A stretch of DNA of 64,000 nucleotides from Bacteroidales bacterium (GTDB taxonomy: Bacteria; Bacteroidota; Bacteroidia; Bacteroidales; GCA-2748055). Positions 10,201 to 19,044 of the stretch are shown here, piece by piece. Both the position numbers and the translations under genes were made by a program. Numbering within the stretch: the stretch's first letter is position 1; each line of letters starts with the position of its first letter. The notes under the pieces were generated by a model. That model did not search any database and was not told the DNA's origin. It was given only the letters and a program-made list of their open reading frames with translations. The stretch lies in contig JARGFP010000006.1 in the NCBI GenBank assembly GCA_029210585.1, positions 88,322-152,321 of the forward strand, given 5' to 3'.

Positions 10201-11819
10201 ACCCTGATCCTGTTATGATCCGGATCCCATTCAAGCACGTCCTGCTTCCATACCGTGCACATAACAATGGCATCTTCCTGGCTGAAGATGGTGGCTCCCC
10301 TGTAATATGCCGGATCATCCTGCACCAGGTTTTTATTGTCGGTCAGCCAGAGATCACCGCTGAGCACCTGCTTTCCGGTCATTTTGTACCAAGTCCGCAA
10401 TGGATCATCCTCAGTAAACCGGTAATTTGGTGACCGGGCTACGTGCAATTGCCTGAACCTGTCGCCATCGACTTCGCACACCATTTTTGTTTCAGGAAGT
10501 GCAATATCGATGTACCATACTTTTTCAGGTTCCGGTATACCGGGCGCCTCGATTGTACTTGCCCGTTTCCAGGTCCCACTGATTCTTTCCGACCCGAAGA
10601 AACAGGCCTCTCCTAATCCCCAGGAAGGATCGGAAGTAATCCGTACCGGGTCCAGCGGGCTGCCCGAGTCTTCTGCAGACAGCTGTCCGCGGTAAATCAC
10701 CCCGCGTTTGAACACATAGGTATGTATGCCCTTCTCCTGTGCTGCCAGGCCTGTTGCATTGTCATCCCATGGATGGTGCTTCCATGGAGTGCTCCGGGAC
10801 ATCCCGTCGCTGGCATCATCACCGTTTTCATAGTCGATGTACCTGACGGATGCTCCCTCTTTGTAGACAAAAGGCTCCGGCTTCCATTCCATGTCTCCTG
10901 ACGGCAATATGCGGGCCTGTTCCCTTTCCCACGAATACCGGTAATCTGCAGGCATTTGTTCCAGCTGAACCTGGATGGATGCCGAGCTCCCGGAAATGTT
11001 TTCTGCCACATCGTGTGCGATCACGGAATATGATGCAAGGCCGCCCGGCTCCTGGTAACGCACCTCGGTGATGGTGTCACGTGAAAACATCAGGGTATTG
11101 CCATTTTTCAGCACTTCGTAATACTGAATCCCATTATCATCTTCAGAGGCATTCCAGGAAAGGGTGAAGCTGCTGAATCCGACCTGTTCGGAAAACAGGT
11201 TGGCTGGTGCTGTAGGAGGCGTTTCGTCGACCGGGTATGCTGTGAGGGTAATATCATCCAGCGCGTAGGGATGAATGTCGGGCTGGGTATGAGTGAACCT
11301 GATGTACAGGGTACTGCTTGAGGGAAGCACCTGGGATAACCTTACAAAACTCCAGGTATTTTCGTCTGCACAGGGCCAGGAACTTTCACCCTCAAGGGCA
11401 GCCTTGTCGATTTCCACCCAGGCAGCACTGTCGGTGGAATATTCAATACCTGTAAAATTATTGGTCAGCGTACACGGACCCCAGCCATCTGAATTATGGG
11501 TGATCCCGAAAGACAAACGGATACTGATAAAGCCTGTTGTATTGGCCTGCAGCACGAATACGGTGTTTTCTATGCCATTCCAGCTACCCATTCTTACCGC
11601 TGCGCCCCCGGATGCTCCGGCGTAACCGGAAGAATTCGCTACAACGAACACATGGGAATCGTCGCCGCTGAATTGCGCATCGCTGGTATAATCGGGGTAA
11701 TCCGAGGGATTTCCGTCAAATGCGACGGATCCGAAGTTTTCCTGCAGGATAATTTCCTGGCCGTGGGCTGACTGCCAGGTGAGCAGGACAGCAAAAAGCA
11801 GCAATTGCAAACGCAGCAT
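7284..11819 (-). CDS. Secreted multidomain protein (FN3, parallel beta-helix, LamG, BACON-like, T9SS CTD)
   Basis: Signal peptide; DETPPTAPANL...SWNASEDDNGI FN3; Asn-rich beta-helix repeats; WHHILAEVDR...FHGAIDFLRI LamG; MYPNPVTD...ITDLSGKVL T9SS CTD. Confidence 0.8.
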   Translation of the reverse strand: MLRLQLLLFAVLLTWQSAHGQEIILQENFGSVAFDGNPSDYPDYTSDAQFSGDDSHVFVVANSSGYAGASGGAAVRMGSWNGIENTVFVLQANTTGFISIRLSFGITHNSDGWGPCTLTNNFTGIEYSTDSAAWVEIDKAALEGESSWPCADENTWSFVRLSQVLPSSSTLYIRFTHTQPDIHPYALDDITLTAYPVDETPPTAPANLFSEQVGFSSFTLSWNASEDDNGIQYYEVLKNGNTLMFSRDTITEVRYQEPGGLASYSVIAHDVAENISGSSASIQVQLEQMPADYRYSWEREQARILPSGDMEWKPEPFVYKEGASVRYIDYENGDDASDGMSRSTPWKHHPWDDNATGLAAQEKGIHTYVFKRGVIYRGQLSAEDSGSPLDPVRITSDPSWGLGEACFFGSERISGTWKRASTIEAPGIPEPEKVWYIDIALPETKMVCEVDGDRFRQLHVARSPNYRFTEDDPLRTWYKMTGKQVLSGDLWLTDNKNLVQDDPAYYRGATIFSQEDAIVMCTVWKQDVLEWDPDHNRIRVDDANFGGVGSHYFIENTPFLLDTVNEFYYDKSARRLFVRLQGERDPNTTVIEAANRTQLIRIDNRHNIGISGITFGITTEHSVRYSNTDAKSVIRMSGICSNIRIQNNRFLYVNGGVSMNNTGSSAVNSQGITVSDNDFLETGDHAIIFAASGDAYMDDINILRNNIFKNGFRHQGRWYGSIPAIYGQMNYGEVAGNIVNYSFGNGIDMFWGKGSGSDAHVPFVRGFIHQNKAANTLIGTNDYGGIESWQGGPTFCYNNYSHNAMGYKHYLKQSIGYAYYFDGSFKHIVFNNIASGVAHNRNSASVMQVLGFYNMYVHNTGYNTKTFFNAWKGDLALNGHNVYLANVAEDIHTFFRHEIAPGYIPFDAYGHNFASGMDFNGSLENLGNQLDLEQFRTKLEGYNAELSSTGVNATQELVPNAGAFDFRLLPDGGAGEKGVKFFTAFPLSKVVGEWNFYLHPADPGLVRGDNFYMTEDFSDRITYKDIPKNHLAAVNVTAESYIMGDLEDWTHGALQFDGASVYCVLDQVASNSVKSNNVDMDLNSFIVETYVKTAEGHTNGALVTKYNGNAGYALAIDGSGKVVMTLYENGTPIIRQHSAVAVSDTAWHHILAEVDRNGGISIFIDGVKSPGEVSGTMPATDVSLANTADLLVGRTIQGAFFHGAIDFLRISRGALYEARTTADEIYKWQTSGPFLFDMRGNAPEGSRDAGALESITSCDLSVSVQQLDFDATASEQQLIVTAADGFFLRTLSGSFFSVEVHEDTLLVAVDENETLDTRNGSFEVAGCNTSIRVSIAQEAGPCVFMIGADTLRIGHHAQLLASVVSSNHTLEVAADVAFVTPWLSDGADTVYIDVAANVSVAPRTATVSVVHCDGTHQITVEQDGAPDHVVDFTAGGLEMYPNPVTDHHIYIRLPEERSRARYAITDLSGKVLQQGILYQQLEVLELLVDPGACLMRISIADRVFRGTLVVI

Positions 11820-11967
11820 GGTAGTTGTTGTTTCGTTCGAACCGACAATTTAACCAAAATCCTTTAGCCGGCAACGAAAATTGAACCTAAACAGCCCATT
11901 GGAATCATTCGTAAAATATCCTTACATTTATTCTTGTAAAAAGTCCGTTTCGAACACAACCACGATC

Positions 11968-12572
11968 ATGATGGAAAAACTTATGGAACTCTTCCGATCA
12001 CGCATTGAACCTACCGGTGTCCTGCTTGTATTGATCCTGCTGATGATCCTGAATAACTACATCTTCAGTAAGTTTCGTTCCTCAACAGGTAACGGGAACA
12101 TTGTGAAAAGATCCATTGCCACTTTCCTCGCACTCATTGGCGGACTGGCATTTATCCTGGCATTGCCGATAAATCATACACTGAAAGGACAGATTCTCAG
12201 TTTTCTTGGCATCATCATCAGCGCTGGCATCGCGCTGAGCTCCACTACTGTACTGGGGAACCTGATCGCAGGCTTTATGAACAATTCCATGAACAGGTTC
12301 CGCAATGGTGACCTCATCAGTATCGGGGATTTCCAGGGGAGGGTCACCCGAAAGAGTGCATTTCACTCCGAAATACAGTTGGAGGACAGTAATTTCGTTA
12401 CGATCCCGAACCTGTACATGGCCTCCAACCCGGTAAAACTTACCCGTAAATCGAATACCGTGATCAACAAAAGGTCACAACCATTGAAGCGGCACAGAAA
12501 CGACTGGACGAACTGAAAACAAAGATCGAAAAGCAGATCGAAGAGGAAAAGGAAGAAAAAGGAGAAAAATAG
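11968..12572 (+). pseudogene. Small-conductance mechanosensitive channel (MscS family), internally deleted and frameshifted
   Basis: The MscS core (GNLIAG...FRNGDLISIGDFQGRV...VTIPN) stops after ~170 aa. A charged coiled-coil tail (TIEAAQKRLDELKTKIEKQIEEEKEEKGEK*) follows in another frame, ending at 12572. Confidence 0.65.
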
Positions 12573-12613
12573 AAATTCCACCATTTCGTTTCAATTTTTA
12601 ATTATTATTCCCC

Positions 12614-12621
12614 TACTTTTG
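12614..12621 (+). promoter_or_regulatory. Bacteroidota -7 promoter element (TAnnTTTG) for the aspartokinase
   Basis: TACTTTTG 25 nt upstream of the ATG at 12647. Confidence 0.6.
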
Positions 12622-12646
12622 CAAATTCAAATGCAAATAAAAAATT

Positions 12647-14026
12647 ATGCTTACAGTTCATAAGATCGGGGGGACTTCCATGACAAAGTTCGGGGAAGTG
12701 GTGGAAAACATCGTGATCCGCCAGGCCGAAGGGGAAAATTACTACAACAGGATCTTCGTGGTGTCGGCCTACAGCAATGTAACCAACTGGTTATTGGAGC
12801 ACAAAAAGACGGGGGAACCCGGTGTATATGAATTGTTTGAAAAAGGAAACGGGTTCGTGGAGGCACTCGCTGACCTGCTGCAGAAACTGGTTGCCATCAA
12901 CCGGACGTTTGAGAGCATTGGCCTCGACCAGCGACTGGCAGATGCCTTTATCACGGACCGCATCAAACAATCCAAAAACTACCTCGACAGTCTGTCCGAG
13001 GTGCTCGCCTCGGGATATGTGAACAAATCCAATATCCTCCTGGCTGCCAGGGAGATCCTTGCCTCCATCGGTGAGGCACATTCAGCCTTCAACTCGGTGA
13101 ACATCCTGCAGAACAGGGGCATCAATGCACATTTTACAGACCTGTGCGGATTTAATGATTCTGAATACCTGACCATCGACGAGCGCATTCACAAGGCGTT
13201 CAGGGACATCGACACATCGAAGACACTGCCCTTTGCAACCGGGTACACAAAAGGAACAGAGGGAATCATGCGTGAATTTGACCGGGGGTACTCAGAAGTG
13301 ACCTTCAGCAAGATCGCCGTGGAGACCAAAGCTGCAGAAGCAGTGATTCACAAGGAATACCACCTGTCGAGTGCAGATCCCAACATTGTTGGGGTCGAAC
13401 ATTCCAGGCCGGTGGGCCAAACCAACTACAACGTTGCAGACCAGCTGGCGGACATCGGGATGGAGGCGATTCATCCCAAGGCTTCCAAGCCGCTGGAACT
13501 GTCCGGCATCAATATCCGGATCAAGAACACCTTTGAGCCTGACCACCCGGGAACGCTGATAACCCGCGACTACAGGGGTGAAGAGGCGAAAGTGGAGATC
13601 ATCTCCGGAACCGACCAGGTGGTTGCACTTGAAATCCACGACCCGCTGATGGTCGGCCAGGTGGGATTTGACCTGAAGATGATGCAACTGATTGAGCGCT
13701 ACAACATCAGCTACATACTGAAAGCCACGAATGCCAACAGCATCACGATGGTGGTATGGGAGAAGGACATATCCGGTGAACTGGTTGCTGAGCTGAAGCA
13801 AACCTACTACGAAGTCACAGAGAAGCAGGCCGCGCTTGTCTGCGCGCTGGGCACCAACATTGCCAGGCCCGGGTCACTCGCAGCAGCCACCACGGCTTTG
13901 CACCTGACCAACATCAACATCGAAGCCGTTTCGCAATCACTCAAACAGGTGAACATGCAGTTCGTGATCGGGCGAAATGATTATAAAAATGCGGTCATTG
14001 CGCTGAACAGTGCGCTCTGCGGGTAA
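12647..14026 (+). CDS. ask: Aspartate kinase, ectoine-cluster type (Ask_Ect-like)
   Basis: KIGGTSM...RIFVVSAYSxVTNxLLEHKKTGEPGVY, FDRGYSEVTFS, IHKEYHLSSADP and LADIGMEAIHP, which I recognise from Ask_Ect sequences. Confidence 0.9.
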   Translation: MLTVHKIGGTSMTKFGEVVENIVIRQAEGENYYNRIFVVSAYSNVTNWLLEHKKTGEPGVYELFEKGNGFVEALADLLQKLVAINRTFESIGLDQRLADAFITDRIKQSKNYLDSLSEVLASGYVNKSNILLAAREILASIGEAHSAFNSVNILQNRGINAHFTDLCGFNDSEYLTIDERIHKAFRDIDTSKTLPFATGYTKGTEGIMREFDRGYSEVTFSKIAVETKAAEAVIHKEYHLSSADPNIVGVEHSRPVGQTNYNVADQLADIGMEAIHPKASKPLELSGINIRIKNTFEPDHPGTLITRDYRGEEAKVEIISGTDQVVALEIHDPLMVGQVGFDLKMMQLIERYNISYILKATNANSITMVVWEKDISGELVAELKQTYYEVTEKQAALVCALGTNIARPGSLAAATTALHLTNINIEAVSQSLKQVNMQFVIGRNDYKNAVIALNSALCG

Positions 14027-14244
14027 CCAGGTGCGCGACAACCAAAGGATGCCTGGCATGATTTCGTTGAACAGGGTGTTTGTGTGGAAAAATTTCCCTG
14101 CCGGGGGTTGATTTTACCCAAAATCATACCTTGCAGACCCCGTACTTCTGATGAGCAGGTATTATAACAGTGCTTTTCCTCTTATTGCATCTATCTGTAT
14201 TATAACCCTCTACACGGAATAAGCCAGACTTACTGCACTGCGGG

Positions 14245-14260
14245 CGGCACAGTCCTTGCA
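14245..14260 (+). promoter_or_regulatory. Putative sigma-54 (-24/-12) promoter
   Basis: CGGCACAGTCCTTGCA matches YGGCAC-N5-TTGCW with exact GG-N10-GC spacing, 27 nt before the ATG at 14288. Confidence 0.6.
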
Positions 14261-14287
14261 CATGTTCGAGCAATAAAAACAAATATT

Positions 14288-14755
14288 ATGAGAAACAAAA
14301 CCTTTCATTTTTTAGCCGCATTTTTAATGGTATTTGCAGTATCCTGTCAGAATACCGGAAAAGATTCCGACACTTCCAAAGAGGAGGAGAAATCACAGTC
14401 TATGGAGATCAATGCATCAGTGAAAGCAGAGCTTGAAGCCATTAAGGACAAGAGCAATGACCTGATGGAGCGGATCAGCAATGCAACGTATGCTGAGCGA
14501 CAAAATCTCCAGGACGATGTCGAAAATTTCGTGAGTGAAACCAGGGAGACGCTTACCGAAATGGAGACTGACTCAGAGCTTGAACAGGGTGTAGAGGATA
14601 TGGTGCACAATCTCAAAGAAAACACAAACATATTGGTTGAGGAAGCTAAGAAATTCAGCACCCAGACAGAAGAGCAGTGGGAAGAAGCCACTACCAACCT
14701 GGAAAATAAGATGAAGGAGATCAGTGGAGAGATCGAAGCATTTTTCAGCGACTGA
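14288..14755 (+). CDS. Acidic coiled-coil lipoprotein, hypothetical
   Basis: Lipobox FAVSC followed by an E/K-rich helical body. Confidence 0.75.
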   Translation: MRNKTFHFLAAFLMVFAVSCQNTGKDSDTSKEEEKSQSMEINASVKAELEAIKDKSNDLMERISNATYAERQNLQDDVENFVSETRETLTEMETDSELEQGVEDMVHNLKENTNILVEEAKKFSTQTEEQWEEATTNLENKMKEISGEIEAFFSD

Positions 14756-16070
14756 CAAGTACTCCTGCTTCCTGGGTTACACTTTTGTATACTTCCAACA
14801 TTTTATGAACCTGTCCCTCGACATGAAAGTGTCGTTCAACGCCTTCCCTGCCCTTACGGGCAATGTCATCAAGCTGTTGCGGATCTGACAGCATCTGCTT
14901 CAGGGCTGCAACCAGTGCTTCCGGAGTATTTGGCTCATACGTGATGCCACCCCCGGAAAGTGCCACGATCTCGGGAAAGGCTCCCAGGGCAGGCTGCACC
15001 ACGGGGACTCCGGAAGACATGGATTCCAGCAGGTAGATGCCAAATGCCTCCCCTTTCCTGACGGGAACAGATATGACTGCGACTTCGCTAAAGAAATCCT
15101 TCAGTCCCTGCGCTTCAAAATCGCCATGGTATTTCACCATATCGCTGAGGCCATGCTGATGGATCCTGCGTTTCTGTGAATGGATGAACTTCCGGTCGTC
15201 GCCCGTGGATCCCCCGGTAATATGCAGTTCAACATCATCAAAAGCCCTGTCCTGCTTGAGGAGGATAAACGCATCGACCAGGATGTCCATCCCCAGGTCG
15301 TGGCACATGCGGGATACGTAACCGATGTTCCTCTTTTTCTCCGAAGGCAGTCTGAATGAATAATTTTCCGGGTAGACACCGATATGGACGCGTTCCAGCC
15401 TTTCTTCCGGAAGATGCATCACCTTTTTCATCTCTTCCGCATACCAGCTGCTTACAGCAATGAATTTAGTAATATGCTCACCACGTTTTGACATCAGGTC
15501 CCAGACCATTTTACGGGAGGAAGGTTGCATCACATCCACCCACTGGTCTTCATCCTGAAGGGAACAGATCACCGGTACCCCGATCTTTTCACGGAGACGC
15601 AGGGCAAGGCCCACGAGCAAGGCATTGGAAAGATGGATCACATCGGGCTTACAGTGTTCTGCGATCCAGTCCACCATCTTGTCAAGTTCCGCTTTCTGTT
15701 GTCCCTCTTCTCCGAGCAACATGGACACGGTCATCTCCTCGAGCCCGGCAGCACGGGTTGAGCCGGCGAACCTGGAAGCCAGCTTCAGCATTGGCTTCGC
15801 ATTCAGCATCCTGTCCAGCCATGCAGGGGCTTTCCTGAACAGAGGGAACTGTTGCTTCAGGTAAATACTGATAGCCCCGTAGAAGACAGGTATCTCGCCG
15901 GTCAGGTCATGTTCATCGGCAAAGAGTGGCAGGTACATGGGGATTTTGGTCACCTGGTGGTCGGAAGCCCTCAGGGCCTCGACAAATTTACTGTCGCGCA
16001 GGCAATTGCCACAGTAGAAGCTTCCGCCGGAACCTGGTATGATCTGTATAATTCTCATTGCTCTTGACAT
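14745..16070 (-). CDS. Glycosyltransferase family 4 (GT-B) with N-terminal CxxC
   Basis: EAFGIYLLESMSSGVPVV (Ex7E) GT4 motif; N-terminal GSGGSFYCGNCLRD. Confidence 0.88.
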   Translation of the reverse strand: MSRAMRIIQIIPGSGGSFYCGNCLRDSKFVEALRASDHQVTKIPMYLPLFADEHDLTGEIPVFYGAISIYLKQQFPLFRKAPAWLDRMLNAKPMLKLASRFAGSTRAAGLEEMTVSMLLGEEGQQKAELDKMVDWIAEHCKPDVIHLSNALLVGLALRLREKIGVPVICSLQDEDQWVDVMQPSSRKMVWDLMSKRGEHITKFIAVSSWYAEEMKKVMHLPEERLERVHIGVYPENYSFRLPSEKKRNIGYVSRMCHDLGMDILVDAFILLKQDRAFDDVELHITGGSTGDDRKFIHSQKRRIHQHGLSDMVKYHGDFEAQGLKDFFSEVAVISVPVRKGEAFGIYLLESMSSGVPVVQPALGAFPEIVALSGGGITYEPNTPEALVAALKQMLSDPQQLDDIARKGREGVERHFHVEGQVHKMLEVYKSVTQEAGVLVSR

Positions 16071-17215
16071 TACTTTTTACCAAAACAATAAATCCTGCCG
16101 TCCTGTGCTCCTGCGATGATGTACCCGTCAATCACAGCCGGGTTACCAAATACCGCACTGCCCAGCTCATAGGTCCACCTGGTTTTTCCGTCCGATGCAT
16201 TCAGAAGCATGAGGTCGCCGCGCATGGTGGCCACCAGCAGCAACTGGTTCAGCAATACCGGTGATGCATCCACACGACCGAGTGTATTCACGCTCCAGCG
16301 CAGATCCCCATTTTCCCGGTTGAAGCAATAGACGTATTTATCGCGGTTCCCAATATACACGCTTTTCTCTGACAGTGAAGGAGATGCAATAAATGGCAAA
16401 TCCGCTTCCGGGTTTTTATAACTCCACAGTTCCCTGCCTTCCCGGATATCCAGGCAAGTGAATTTCCCGTCGTAATCACCCACGTATGTGATCCAGTCAT
16501 CGACAGCCACCGATCCGGCCACGTAGGTAGCCACGGGCTGCCGTTTCTTCAGTGATCCGTCGCGAACCATCACCTGGTGCAACAATCCATCGCACCCCCC
16601 GAAAACGGCCACTCCCTCGTATACCGCAGGGGTGCCGTTAATAAAATTATCGGCCTCATATTTCCAGAGACCTTCCCCGGTGGAAGCGTCAATACCGTGC
16701 AGAAAATAATCATAGCTTCCGATCAACAGCACACCCTCATCGCCGGACCCGGTCGTATTGCCGTTCCAGTAATTGGGTGCACCCATGATCTGTCCCTCGG
16801 TAGCATAGGTCCACAGGGTCCTGCCGGTCTGCAACTCAATAGCAAATACTTTTCCATCGAGGTTCCCGATATAGGCAACGCCATTCTTAATCAATGCTGC
16901 AGATTCGATACCGTTACCGGTATTGATTTTCCATTTCATTTTACCTTCCAGGGTGATGCCATATACATTTCCATCCACCGACCCTGCCACGATGATCCCT
17001 TCGCTTACTACCGGTGAAGCCTTGATGGCATCGCCGGTTTTAAAACTCCAGAGCAGCTCAGGTTGCGCAGGAATATTTGCCCCGGAGGTTCCTGTCAGCT
17101 GCGCGTCACCCCTGAAATTGGTCCACTCCGACTGTGCCGAAAGATTGAACAATACAGCCGGGGACAAGGCCAACAAGACGCTCAGCACCAAAAAGAAATG
17201 AAACTGCTTTCGCAT
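16070..17215 (-). CDS. PQQ-binding-like (BamB-like) beta-propeller protein
   Basis: Signal peptide, WTNFRG, and repeated xGxxxW blades (TGRTLW, TGEGLW, GRELW, GDLRW). Start is uncertain (17215 or 17275). Confidence 0.85.
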   Translation of the reverse strand: MRKQFHFFLVLSVLLALSPAVLFNLSAQSEWTNFRGDAQLTGTSGANIPAQPELLWSFKTGDAIKASPVVSEGIIVAGSVDGNVYGITLEGKMKWKINTGNGIESAALIKNGVAYIGNLDGKVFAIELQTGRTLWTYATEGQIMGAPNYWNGNTTGSGDEGVLLIGSYDYFLHGIDASTGEGLWKYEADNFINGTPAVYEGVAVFGGCDGLLHQVMVRDGSLKKRQPVATYVAGSVAVDDWITYVGDYDGKFTCLDIREGRELWSYKNPEADLPFIASPSLSEKSVYIGNRDKYVYCFNRENGDLRWSVNTLGRVDASPVLLNQLLLVATMRGDLMLLNASDGKTRWTYELGSAVFGNPAVIDGYIIAGAQDGRIYCFGKK

Positions 17216-17319
17216 TGGAATTTCACTCCCCGGGTTGCTTACAATTGAATTGGTCCTGACTTGATTCTTCCTCATTCAATGTCATTAATATTAACTCATT
17301 CCTGTTTCCTTTATTTATA

Positions 17320-18957
17320 CTACCTGTTCGTCAGTGCGCCTGTAGGGCACTCTTCAACCACCTGCAGGGCCACCTTTTCCAGCCCGTTCTCCAGTGCCTC
17401 CCCGAAAGGAACCCCAACCACTACATCAAATCCCCTGCCAATAAAGCTCATACCGAATCTCTCCCTGTGTTCCTCTGTTATACGGACACAGATTCCGCAT
17501 TTTATACATTTATTGGGTTCATATATTACAAATATATTTCTGTTCTGTTCACTTGCTTTCAGAATACTTCCCGAACCACCTCCGTTCCCAGCCGGCAGAC
17601 TTTCCTTCATCTTTGGGGATCCAAAATGCCTTTTGCGGACCAGCCGCCGGTCTTCCGACCAATATCTTTTCTGACTGGCCTTGTATTCATCGGACAATAA
17701 GCGCAGTTTACAATCGATGATTTCCCTGCAATCGCAATGCATACATCTTGCCGCCTCCTGCATTACCTCCTCCTTTGTAAAGCCTTTCGACGGGGCGGCC
17801 GGTTCCAGGCGGATGCCTTCCACCGATTCTTTCAAATATTCCGGAAACTCCTCCGGCAGCAATTTTCCAAACCTGGAGTTGAACAGGAACGGTTCTCCTG
17901 TCACCACTTCTCCCTGCAGGTACTGATCGATGCTGAACGCTGCCTCCTTCCCCTGTCCAAGTGTACGTATGGCCAGTTTGGAATTCCGGACGGCACTTCC
18001 GGCGGCAAAGATCTTTTCATGGGCGGTTGAATAACTGCTTTTACCGGCCGCGATCCCCTTGTCGGTCATTTCCAGTCCCCATGTCTCTACACCGGTTTCA
18101 CCGCTTCCGGTTGCCACCAGCACGGCATCAAACTTCCTGCATATCTCCCTGAAATGCTCCGGGTCCACATACGTATCAGGATACATCCAGGCCCCCATTT
18201 CCCTGATGCGCCCGATCTCATACTCCAATACATGTTCGGGCAAAACACCACGCTTTACTTCTGTCCAGAGGCTGCCTCCCGGCTGTCGGCCCCTGAAATA
18301 CACATCACACTGGTAGCCACGCAGCTGCAGGTAATATGCTGCGGCAAGACCGGCTGGTCCGGCGCCGATGATGGCCACTTTTGTTCCGTTGGATGGTGCC
18401 TTCTCCGGCAGGTAGTTATGTGCTGCATCCATGTCGTGATCCCCGGCATAGCGCTTCAGCAGGCAAATGGATACAGCAGAATCGATCGTCTTGCGCCTGC
18501 AGGCTCCTTCACAGGGTGCAGGACAAATCCTCCCGAATACGGCAGGCAGTGCAATATCGCGTTTGACCACCTCCAGGGCGGCCTCAAAGTTACCTTCTGC
18601 CAGCAACCGGTTCATCAGGGGAATGTCCATGTGCGCCGGACAGGTCACCTGGCATGGCGCCTCGCAATCGCCTGTATGTTCGCTCAGCAGCAGTTCAAGC
18701 GCTGTTTTCCGGGATTCTTCTATCTCCTCATCCCGCGTGATAATGTCCATTCCTTCCACCGTTTTCACCGAGCAGGAAGGAAAGAGCTTCCCGCTCTTAT
18801 TGTCCTTGACCATACAGATCATGCACGATGTAAAATGTGGTTTCCCGTCCCTGTAGCACATGGAAGGCACATCGAATCCTTTCATCCGCGCGGCAACCAT
18901 CACGGTAATCCCTTCAGGCACACGTACATCTTCGTTATTTATCTTCAGCTTCAGCAT
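17320..18957 (-). CDS. HydA/NuoG N-terminal Fe-S plus GltD-like oxidoreductase subunit lacking the NAD(P)H-binding domain
   Basis: 2Fe-2S (SMC...SCMIC...PSC), HxGDCEAPCQVTCP, GRICPAPCEGAC, GAGPAGL, RCMHCDC, CIKCGIC...CPTGAL. Confidence 0.82.
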   Translation of the reverse strand: MLKLKINNEDVRVPEGITVMVAARMKGFDVPSMCYRDGKPHFTSCMICMVKDNKSGKLFPSCSVKTVEGMDIITRDEEIEESRKTALELLLSEHTGDCEAPCQVTCPAHMDIPLMNRLLAEGNFEAALEVVKRDIALPAVFGRICPAPCEGACRRKTIDSAVSICLLKRYAGDHDMDAAHNYLPEKAPSNGTKVAIIGAGPAGLAAAYYLQLRGYQCDVYFRGRQPGGSLWTEVKRGVLPEHVLEYEIGRIREMGAWMYPDTYVDPEHFREICRKFDAVLVATGSGETGVETWGLEMTDKGIAAGKSSYSTAHEKIFAAGSAVRNSKLAIRTLGQGKEAAFSIDQYLQGEVVTGEPFLFNSRFGKLLPEEFPEYLKESVEGIRLEPAAPSKGFTKEEVMQEAARCMHCDCREIIDCKLRLLSDEYKASQKRYWSEDRRLVRKRHFGSPKMKESLPAGNGGGSGSILKASEQNRNIFVIYEPNKCIKCGICVRITEEHRERFGMSFIGRGFDVVVGVPFGEALENGLEKVALQVVEECPTGALTNR

Positions 18958-19044
18958 TTGGTTCCTTTTGTCAACATTCCGGTTATCAACTCCCGGCTGC
19001 TGTTCATCACAATTACAGCCGTAAAAAAACAGCAGACCTGGGGG

